Shown here in pieces: positions 54,051-64,000 of a stretch of DNA of 64,000 bases; the stretch's first letter is position 1; each line of letters starts with the position of its first letter. A model generated the notes under the pieces. The model saw only the letters and a list, made by a program, of their open reading frames with translations, had not been told where the DNA came from and searched no databases. Location of the stretch: positions 23,583 to 87,582 of the forward strand of contig NC_068999.1 of NCBI RefSeq assembly GCF_001194135.2, written 5' to 3'. This stretch comes from Octopus bimaculoides. Its lineage: Eukaryota. Position numbers and translations under genes: made by a program.

Positions 54051-55386
54051 AGTTCACCAAAGATTTAAGCAGTTGGTACAGAAGGATTTAGTTTATACAA
54101 CTGAACCAGTATCTGACTGGTACCTTATTTTATCGAAGTCGAAAGAATGAAAGACAAGGTTGACCTCGGCGGGATTTCAAGTGGAAAGAGAGAGGGAGAA
54201 AGAGAGAAATAAAGAAAAGAGGTAGAGAGAAAGAGAGGTCAATAGACAGCGAAACGTAGGCGGTGCTTTACCGATTTTACCATTATCACAACCACCACCA
54301 CCACCACCACCACCACCACCACCACCATCAGCACCATCAGCACCAGCATCATCACCAATTATATCAAATAATAAAAAGAAAAGGAAGGCAGAAAACGAGG
54401 GATTAAGCACTGNNNNNNNNNNNNNNNNNNNNNNNNNNNNNNNNNNNNNNNNNNNNNNNNNNNNNNNNNNNNNNNNNNNNNNNNNNNNNNNNNNNNNNNN
54501 NNNNNNNNNNNNNNNNNNNNNNNNNNNNNNNNNNNNNNNNNNNNNNNNNNNNNNNNNNNNNNNNNNNNNNNNNNNNNNNNNNNNNNNNNNNNNNNNNNNN
54601 NNNNNNNNNNNNNNNNNNNNNNNNNNNNNNNNNNNNNNNNNNNNNNNNNNNNNNNNNNNNNNNNNNNNNNNNNNNNNNNNNNNNNNNNNNNNNNNNNNNN
54701 NNNNNNNNNNNNNNNNNNNNNNNNNNNNNNNNNNNNNNNNNNNNNNNNNNNNNNNNNNNNNNNNNNNNNNNNNNNNNNNNNNNNNNNNNNNNNNNNNNNN
54801 NNNNNNNNNNNNNNNNNNNNNNNNNNNNNNNNNNNNNNNNNNNNNNNNNNNNNNNNNNNNNNNNNNNNNNNNNNNNNNNNNNNNNNNNNNNNNNNNNNNN
54901 NNNNNNNNNNNNNNNNNNNNNNNNNNNNNNNNNNNNNNNNNNNNNNNNNNNNNNNNNNNNNNNNNNNNNNNNNNNNNNNNNNNNNNNNNNNNNNNNNNNN
55001 NNNNNNNNNNNNNNNNNNNNNNNNNNNNNNNNNNNNNNNNNNNNNNNNNNNNNNNNNNNNNNNNNNNNNNNNNNNNNNNNNNNNNNNNNNNNNNNNNNNN
55101 NNNNNNNNNNNNNNNNNNNNNNNNNNNNNNNNNNNNNNNNNNNNNNNNNNNNNNNNNNNNNNNNNNNNNNNNNNNNNNNNNNNNNNNNNNNNNNNNNNNN
55201 NNNNNNNNNNNNNNNNNNNNNNNNNNNNNNNNNNNNNNNNNNNNNNNNNNNNNNNNNNNNNNNNNNNNNNNNNNNNNNNNNNNNNNNNNNNNNNNNNNNN
55301 NNNNNNNNNNNNNNNNNNNNNNNNNNNNNNNNNNNNNNNNNNNNNNNNNNNNNNNNNNNNNNNNNNNNNNNNNNNNNNNNNNNNNN

Positions 55387-55484
<98 letters not shown>

Positions 55485-55946
55485 CATGGTTCCATACGTA
55501 TACATTAACGACTCCACTAGAAAACTCTAAGTAGTAGCTAGAAATAGCAGCCAAATCTCCCTCAAATAGCTTGCACTATACTGTTTTTACTAAAACAACA
55601 TATTGGGTGTTGCAGTCGTGGTGGTCATACCGAGAAGGCTGGATAAAACTGACCTGAAGCTAAACAGCAACAACGACAACTTGACAACATAATAATAGTT
55701 GAATAAAGGTTCCTCTATGTGGTTCCCGATCCGCTAGAAATAGCAGTCAAGTCTCATTTAAAATTCCCACATCCTACTTTTGTTTTCTTTTTTCTATTTT
55801 TTCTTTGTTCTTTTTTTCTATCACATAACTTGACTTTGTAAACGAACAATCTGGTCCGTTTATTTTAATGGCCTACTAATATATACAATTAGTTTCTTTG
55901 TTCTAGGTATCGGGAAGACACTCGGCAAGAAATGAAACTAAATTAA

Positions 55947-55988
<42 letters not shown>

Positions 55989-56210
55989 TTGTTGTCTCTT
56001 GAGGTCTCTGGGTGAGACTTGGATCCAACTTGTACAAATGCAAAACAAAAGTCAAACATAAAATAATAATAATAATAATATGATCCTTTTTACTATAGGC
56101 ATAAGGCCTGAAATTTGGTGGAGGGGAAAATCGATTACATCGACTCCAGTGCGTAACTGGTACTTATTTCCTCGACCCCGAAAGGATGAAAAGCAAAGTA
56201 AACCTCGGCG

Positions 56211-56249
<39 letters not shown>

Positions 56250-56253
<4 letters not shown>

Positions 56254-56495
56254 GTAGGTGCCTTAGGTATAATAAAAAAATATTCAGACAAATACATAAC
56301 AAAAACACCAGGACTTACAAATATATATAACATACAGAAAATTGCACTACTGGGCACTGCACACAGCCTACGCAAAACACTTTCAATACAGTAACCATAA
56401 GAGCACCACAGCAAACCACAGCACATACCCAAGGCGCACAGAGCTGCGCTCGGTAGTGAAGTGAAAGCACGTTATAAAAATAAAACTACTGAATA
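56250..56495 (+). mobile_element. 5'-truncated R4/Dong 3' end inside (TAA)n
   Basis: VGALGIIKKYSDKYITKTPGLTNIYNIQKIALLGTAHSLRKTLSIQ*, with (AAT)n on both sides. Confidence 0.9.
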
Positions 56496-56519
56496 ATAAT
56501 AATAATAATGATAATAATA

Positions 56520-56745
56520 GGAGCAGTTTCCAAGGGCATTAAGAATATTAGAGCAGCTATCAGGCTCGAGGCAACCCAGAAGACAGCATTGTTGGGTACA
56601 GCTCGCATTCTAAGGAGAGAATCGTCTCTTTGAGTCAGAGGAGAAGAAGGCACTACTTGAAACTTTTAGTGATTTGTTATTGCCTGCTTTCAAGTAAAGA
56701 ATAACTGGTAATTAAGAACTGTCCGAGAGTCTTTCAAAATAACAA
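56520..56745 (+). mobile_element. 3' end of a different R4/Dong subfamily
   Basis: IRAAIRLEATQKTALLGTARILRRESSL* C-terminus plus 3' UTR, flanked by AAT-type repeats. Confidence 0.7.
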
Positions 56746-57201
56746 CAATGAGAAAAATAATAATGATAATAATGATGATGATAAAATCGGCGTGGTGGTC
56801 ATAGCTGGGACACCATTGAGCAGAGGTTTCTGTCTGCAGAAAACAACAACAAACGCACAACAGAGAAACATCATCTATTCATCTCAGTTGTTGTTTAACT
56901 CCAAGTGGTGCCCCAGCATGGCCGCAGCTCTCATGCTGAAACTAGTAAAAGATAAAAGATAAAATATACATAAATATCAAGGTCTACATTGTTCAGCGTA
57001 TCCTTCTTTACACAGCGTGGAAATTAAGGGAGATTTGGCTGCTATTTCTAGATGATGAGGGACCACTTCGTGTCGCCTTAATCGTTTTGTGGTTTAGGTC
57101 GTGGACGATGTATGAATGTATGTGTGTGTGTGTGAGTGTGTGTGTGAATGTGTGTATGTGTGTGTATTCGCATGTGCGTGTGTGAGTTCTATATGAATTA
57201 A

Positions 57202-57234
<33 letters not shown>

Positions 57235-57377
57235 GCGTGCGTGTTTGTGTTTTAGCATGCATATGTATTTATATACACAAACGCATCTATGTATGCTTTG
57301 GTGTGGGTAACTGTGAAACAGCAGATAAAACAAGTACAACAACAACAACAACAACAATAACAAAAACATGAACTTAC

Positions 57378-57743
57378 AATTTCATCCAACAGTGTTTTTT
57401 CTACGAGCCTGTTAACCATTCCAACCCAAACCACTCCACGTAACGACTCGGCCATCGCCTGCCAATTCCTAGACATGAAACCATCGTGAAAAACAACAAT
57501 CCATGGATCTTTGGATTTTAATAATTTCTCTGTAAAATTATGTCCGCTTAACGGGAACATATCGTTGTAAGGTCCGGCGATATTTTGGTAGGAGGGGTCA
57601 TATTCTATAGAGGTTTTTGGACCAAGCGGTCCTTCAGATTCAGAGAACGATTCTGATGTGGTAGCCAGCACCGTGATCGTTAGTTTGGTAATTCCAATGT
57701 AAGAGAGAAGGACAGCGAACCAAACGTATACTGTACCAGGCAT
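57378..57743 (-). CDS. First coding exon of a secreted/ER thioredoxin-fold (PDI-like) protein lacking CXXC
   Basis: ATG at 57743 in an aacaacATG context, followed by a hydrophobic signal-peptide-like N-terminus (VYVWFAVLLSYIGITKLTITVLA). The segment LSGHNFTEKLLKSKDPWIVVFH...NWQAMAESLRGVVWVGMVN resembles PDI-family a-domains. It ends exactly at a canonical GTAAGT donor (phase 0, 122 codons). Confidence 0.8.
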
Positions 57744-57931
57744 GTTGTTTCTAATATCTTATTTTTTCTTTTATTTTTCTTTTCCACAATTTATAAATCT
57801 AAAAAACTCAAACCCCCAGTAAAAAAAAAAGGTAAAAAAAAAAGAAAAAAATCTTTTTCTTTCGCCTTTGCCACGCTGCTACCAATTTTTAAAGAGTGTT
57901 AAACCACCCTTCACACATTCTCCGTCTCCGC

Positions 57932-58001
<70 letters not shown>

Positions 58002-58453
58002 TTCTCTTCTTCGTTCGACGTTCTTTTCGCCACGTAACAACACACACGAAAAATGTGAAGTCTGGAGACTTGTGGTGAAGGGCGACGAGAAGTTGCGAAA
58101 GAAGTGAAAAATTAGGCGGAAAAGAAGAAAGACAGAAAGAAGCAGAAATGAAAGCAGGGAATACTCCCTCTTGCTCGTCCTCTTCCACCTCTCCTTCATC
58201 TTTATCGTCATCTATAGCAGCAACATCATCATCATCATCATCATCATCAACAACAGAGACAACGGAAACGACAATAACTACAAAAACAAACAGTAACTAC
58301 TACTATTACCACCACTACCACCACCACTACTACTACTACTACAACAATAATAACAAGAACAGCACAACACTACAACTATTATTACTAATGTTTCTCCACC
58401 AACACCACCGTGAGGGTAAATATTTATTTATCCCACGCATGTGTATATGTATG

Positions 58454-58493
<40 letters not shown>

Positions 58494-59042
58494 ATGAAAC
58501 TTCGAAGTATTGTGGAAGGTAAAGTCCTGGCGTCAGTGTTGTGTGGGTCGTTCGGATAAACAGCGCAACGAATCACAGAGCTGACAACGAATACAGGTTA
58601 TCTGTAGCTGGCCATTCTTAGCCACACTTGAATACATCCACAGACAAGATATGACGATGCTGTGGCTTACATACACCGGAAGTTAGGATAGTTATGTGAA
58701 ATACTAGGAGAAATGCGACGGGACAGGCGTTCAGAAGAAAAAAAGATTTCCGAGAATGACGAAGCGTCCATTTTTTCAGAGACAGAGATTACCAACCGGA
58801 TATTGCTGTTGAGGATCTTCAGAGAAGGAAATGCCTCTTAATCAAAGTACTAGTTTTAAGCAGCCATAATGGATCTCTAAAAGAAAGCGGGGAATTCTTT
58901 AAAAGTAATGATAACCTCAATGTGGAAAGTAACAACAGAAAGAATATCGACTTGGACAGAATTAGAACCCAGAACGTGAAGATGGACGAAATCTGGCTAA
59001 GCATTTCGTCTGGTCTGAAAACGATTCTGCCAGCCCACCGCC

Positions 59043-59078
<36 letters not shown>

Positions 59079-59459
59079 GTTTCAAATTTTGGCACAATAT
59101 CTAGGGAGGGAAAAAGTCGATTACATTGAGCCCAGTACTTTTTTTATCGACCTCGAGAGGATGAAAGGCAAAAGTTAGCCCTGGCGGAATTTGAACTTAG
59201 AACGCCAAGACGGACGAAATGCCACTAAGCATTTTGCCCGGCCTGCAAACGATTCTGCCAGCTCACCGCCAAAATAATAATAATAATCCTTTCTACTATA
59301 GGCACAGGGCTTGAAAATTTGGGGAAGATTCTTTCTCTTCTATCTTTTCTCTTGTCAAAGAAAATATTTCTCCAGCGCTCACTATCTTCCTCTCGTTCTG
59401 GTCTAACGTCCCTCCAAGTTTGTTTTCGTTGGGTTTCCTTGTATGCCTCCACTGTCAGG

Positions 59460-59720
59460 ATTTTGTTCCCAACTTTGACCCTCCATAAATCCTAAATTAT
59501 ATTTTAGAATTTATGGGAGCAACTGTCTTTGAAGACTCATATTGTCATTAAATGCTCGAAATGAGGAGTAGATAGACCGTCGACAACTGATGAAGGGCCC
59601 TTTCTCTGCGTTTACTTGTCCTGTCTCCAATTTTTCTCCTTGTTTACGTATTTAACTTGTTTGCTTACGTATTTCATGTTGTTTGAACCGTTGATGACGT
59701 CCTGTACCCATATATGCTTG
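59460..59720 (+). repeat. Dispersed repeat, also at 6750-6890 on the minus strand
   Basis: Shared caactgatgaa(g/a)gg...tgacgtcctgt...catat sequence. Confidence 0.6.
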
Positions 59721-59745
59721 TATGTGTATGTGTGCGTGTATATAA

Positions 59746-60130
59746 TAGAAATATTAATATTTCGAAATCTCTGAAAGAGATATTCAATAACAGTTCTTTA
59801 AAGTAAAGGCTATTTTCCAACATAATGTGGCTGTCCTGGAAGGGACGATGTTATCTGGGTTCTTATATTTTCAAACACGGAGTTCAGCACTCCCATCTAG
59901 CGCAAAACAACACCAGTAGACCGGTTTCTGGGTTATTGACCTTTATCAACACAGAAAATATAAGGACACAGATATTGTGTCGTGTAGCCAGCTGGAAACG
60001 AAGTTTCCGGGGCTAAACACCAGTAACACCGTCCCTTCCAGGACAGTCGCATTATGTTGGCAAAGAATCTTTACTTTAAATAACTGTTACTGAATGTCTC
60101 TCTTTGAGGGATTTAGGAATAATATTTCTA
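59746..60130. mobile_element. MITE-like/fold-back element with ~105-bp degenerate inverted arms
   Basis: tagaaatatt...gtcctggaagggacgatgtta versus taacaccgtcccttccaggac...aatatttcta; a rearranged internal copy follows at 60215-60390. Confidence 0.75.
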
Positions 60131-60850
60131 TTTTATTACATCAGTGGATGTGTTACTTTGAAAACTGTATTCGAACGGTGAATTCAGCAACGCCACCTAG
60201 CCAAGCAGCTACTCTGTGCTGATAAAAGACAATAACCCAGAAACCGGTCCACAGAAGGTGTTTTGCGCTAGATCGGAATGCTGAACTCCCTGTTCGAAAA
60301 TATAAGGACAGAGATATTGTGTCGTATAACCAGCTGGAAACGATGTTTCCTGGGACTAAACAACAGTAATATCGTCCCTTCCTGGACAGCCAGTTAACTC
60401 AGCTGTAGAAATGAGTTGCGACATCACTGATGCCAAGCTGTATCGGCCCCTTTGCCTTTCCCTTGGATAACATCAGTGGTGTGCCTACAAAAAATAAATA
60501 CTGGGATAGATTCGGTTGCCTAAATTTCTAAAAGGTGGTCCTCCAGCATGACCGCAGTCTAATGACAAACAAGACAAAACACACACTCACACACGTGCGC
60601 ACATATATATCAATGCAATATGTATATTTTTGTATATTTATGTTACATATGTATGGTGTATAAAACTCGTATATATTTCTATGCATAAGTATGCATGTGT
60701 ATGTTACACATGTATACGAATCGCACAATCATACACTCTCGCATATACACACGTATATGTGTGTGTGTGAGAGAGAGAGAGTGGGAGAGGGGAGAGAGAG
60801 AGTGGGAGAGGGGAGAGAGAGAGTGGGAGAGGGGAGAGAGAAAGTGAGAG

Positions 60851-60884
<34 letters not shown>

Positions 60885-61261
60885 ACAATATGTAAATAGG
60901 GAAGAAAACATTGTAAATTAATATTTATCGGTCGAGTGCGTGTGATATCCTTTCTTCTTCTTTGTTTACATACGTTGATATCTATTTCTATATACCTTAT
61001 GCCTCTGACTATCCCTCATCCCAGTGTCTCTGCATACACTGCGTCTCCACAGATAGCTTTGCGTTTCCGCCCTCGTCACCTACATAGTGTCTGGTTTACG
61101 TGTTGCTCTTGCGAGAAAAATCATCGCAGCATGCCAGCATTAACAACTGTAATTCATCATCCGGTCGTTACTGCGGAAATTCTTTTTGTCAGACACTGGT
61201 TTTAATTAGTGGACTGTAACTGTATTAGTACATCGCATTTAATGATATTAGTCACTTATAT

Positions 61262-61330
61262 CAGGGGTTTCCTAACCTGGGGTGCCCGTATCTCCTGGTG
61301 GTGCGAGATGGCATAAGTCGCTAAATAAAT
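61262..61330 (+). mobile_element. Possible hAT/Charlie-type terminus
   Basis: CAGGGGTTTCCTAACCTGGGG resembles Charlie-type TIRs; the partner end was not found. Confidence 0.4.
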
Positions 61331-61955
61331 ATAAGCAGTGCTTAATTTGCGTAACTAATCCAAGACATGCGACTTAACTCGAAAAACAAACAAAAACATT
61401 TTAAAAGGTTTATTAATTCATAACTGTTTTAATACGTAGTTTGAACTTATTTTCATATTTTATTTAAGTTTCCACTTCAGTGTTAGTTTTAATTTTTTTT
61501 TTAATAATTGTTATAATTTTCAATATTTTCTTTTAGACTAATGTAAATTCGAATAAATTGACTGAAGCTGAATATTATTATTACTATTAATTTCGCGAAA
61601 AAAAAAAAAATCGACGTAAAGTGGAAAAAAACGTAACTTGAAACAACGTAATTTGAGGTATGCATGTAATTTAATAAAACCTCCCTTCAGAATCAGATTG
61701 GTAATTAACTCTTAAATTTATCAAACACATCAAAGACTTTATTCTGCCATTATTATTTATCACTTTCTTGTTTCAGTCATTGGACTGCGACTGTGCTGGA
61801 GCATCACTTTCATGGGTTGCAGTCGAACAAATGAATCCCGGGACTTTTCATTCTATCGGGATGTTTTGCCGAACCGTTATATTACTGGAACGTAAACAGA
61901 CCAACACCGATTGTCAAGCGGTGCTGGAGGGTGATAAATACAGACTCAAAGACAC

Positions 61956-62019
<64 letters not shown>

Positions 62020-62302
62020 NNNNNNNNNNNNNNNNNNNNNNNNNNNNNNNNNNNNNNNNNNNNNNNNNNNNNNNNNNNNNNNNNNNNNNNNNNNNNNNNN
62101 NNNNNNNNNNNNNNNNNNNNNNNNNNNNNNNNNNNNNNNNNNNNNNNNNNNNNNNNNNNNNNNNNNNNNNNNNNNNNNNNNNNNNNNNNNNNNNNNNNNN
62201 NNNNNNNNNNNNNNNNNNNNNNNNNNNNNNNNNNNNNNNNNNNNNNNNNNNNNNNNNNNNNNNNNNNNNNNNNNNNNNNNNNNNNNNNNNNNNNNNNNNN
62301 NN

Positions 62303-62334
<32 letters not shown>

Positions 62335-62439
62335 GTCGTTGATGACCTCTTTCTAGCATATTGGATGTCCACCTAGTGGTCATCCTTTATACATGTGTAA
62401 TATATATATATTCCCCAGAACGAAGGCAGGAAAGATATA

Positions 62440-62800
62440 GAGTGATATACACCTGAAAAATCTGAGACGAGCTTGTAACAAACTTTGGCATTGAAAGTTA
62501 CACAAACAGCAGAACTAGGCCTCACTGCAGCGTGCCCACAGCTCTTCAATATCTTCCCCAAGAAACCTGAAGGGCTCCATGGGATGGATGTAGGTGTTTT
62601 CAAAGCTAAACTGGATCTCCTTCTGTCAAGAGTTCCGACTGGACCTACATCGCGGCAAGAAACGCAGATGTGGGCAGCAACATCAAAGTCCCTCATTCAC
62701 GAAATTCCACATATTAGAGGTGGTTTCAAATAGTGACAGTGTAACAAAGCTAACGGTGGTGTCCCAGCATGGCCGAGGTTCCCGTGCTGAAACAAGCGAA
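62440..62800 (+). mobile_element. CR1-type LINE 3' fragment of the same family
   Basis: PQLFNIFPKKPEGLHGMDVGVFKAKLDLLLSRVP parallels 25040-25245; same 3' tail. Confidence 0.88.
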
Positions 62801-63885
62801 GAAAACAATATTAATATAATCGACCCAAAAACTCTACAAAAGCAGATACATATATATTTGTCTGGTGGAGACATTTGACACCTCTTCCTTGCAATACAAC
62901 AGTCATACGACTAGGAATGTGACACAGAAGAGAAAGCGAAAACCTTGCCTTTACACAACCTCTTTGTGATTCATTCATCCAGTTACACAAGCACACACAC
63001 ACGCAAATACGCGCACATGTATATAGACGAGCACACACGTACACAAACACACACATACACCATACAAACACACACACACACATATGTATATAAACGTTTA
63101 TATATTTATATATATATCTATATATACATTTATACATATGGACACACATGCTCACACACGCACACATATGTGTACTGAAAGGGATTGCGTGAGACAGAAT
63201 GAAAAGGAGAGGAATTAAACTAGTAAATATGAGGGGGAGTCAGAGNNNNNNNNNNNNNNNNNNNNNNNNNNNNNNNNNNNNNNNNNNNNNNNNNNNNNNN
63301 NNNNNNNNNNNNNNNNNNNNNNNNNNNNNNNNNNNNNNNNNNNNNNNNNNNNNNNNNNNNNNNNNNNNNNNNNNNNNNNNNNNNNNNNNNNNNNNNNNNN
63401 NNNNNNNNNNNNNNNNNNNNNNNNNNNNNNNNNNNNNNNNNNNNNNNNNNNNNNNNNNNNNNNNNNNNNNNNNNNNNNNNNNNNNNNNNNNNNNNNNNNN
63501 NNNNNNNNNNNNNNNNNNNNNNNNNNNNNNNNNNNNNNNNNNNNNNNNNNNNNNNNNNNNNNNNNNNNNNNNNNNNNNNNNNNNNNNNNNNNNNNNNNNN
63601 NNNNNNNNNNNNNNNNNNNNNNNNNNNNNNNNNNNNNNNNNNNNNNNNNNNNNNNNNNNNNNNNNNNNNNNNNNNNNNNNNNNNNNNNNNNNNNNNNNNN
63701 NNNNNNNNNNNNNNNNNNNNNNNNNNNNNNNNNNNNNNNNNNNNNNNNNNNNNNNNNNNNNNNNNNNNNNNNNNNNNNNNNNNNNNNNNNNNNNNNNNNN
63801 NNNNNNNNNNNNNNNNNNNNNNNNNNNNNNNNNNNNNNNNNNNNNNNNNNNNNNNNNNNNNNNNNNNNNNNNNNNNNNNNNNNNN

Positions 63886-63960
<75 letters not shown>

Positions 63961-64000
63961 TTATAGATATACCAATATACACATATATATACATATATGC

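Noticed and set aside
57865-58040. ER-stress elements upstream of the thioredoxin-like gene (GCCACG at ~57870 and ~58030, CCAAT nearby)
   Set aside because: Order and spacing (CCACG-N6-CCAAT) do not match ERSE (CCAAT-N9-CCACG) or ERSE-II; too weak to call.
59585-59612. Hammerhead ribozyme (CTGATGA followed by an agggccct stem)
   Set aside because: The required GAAA after stem II is absent.

Overview
Repeat-rich, AT-rich eukaryotic genomic DNA with about 20 assembly gaps, most abutting microsatellites. The microsatellite load and SINE content are most consistent with an octopus/coleoid cephalopod genome (inference). The best-supported host gene is on the minus strand: a signal-peptide protein with a thioredoxin/PDI-like fold that lacks the CXXC active site (exon 57378-57743, probable next exon 19317-19536 across a ~37.8 kb intron). 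A few weaker exon candidates on the plus strand may belong to an interleaved antisense gene. Most of the rest is decayed mobile DNA: Tx1/L1, CR1-type, R4/Dong-type and Penelope retrotransposon fragments, a DD37D (maT) Tc1/mariner, MITE-like inverted repeats, at least three tRNA-derived SINE families and a ~570-bp unclassified non-coding retroposon. The most notable patterns are retroelements partitioned among specific microsatellites and strands, a SINE/LINE pair sharing a 3' tail, several perfect fold-back palindromes, and a ~900-bp array of a near-palindromic TTGTGACACAA motif. Repeat boundaries were read by eye and are approximate unless splice sites or palindrome arms are given.
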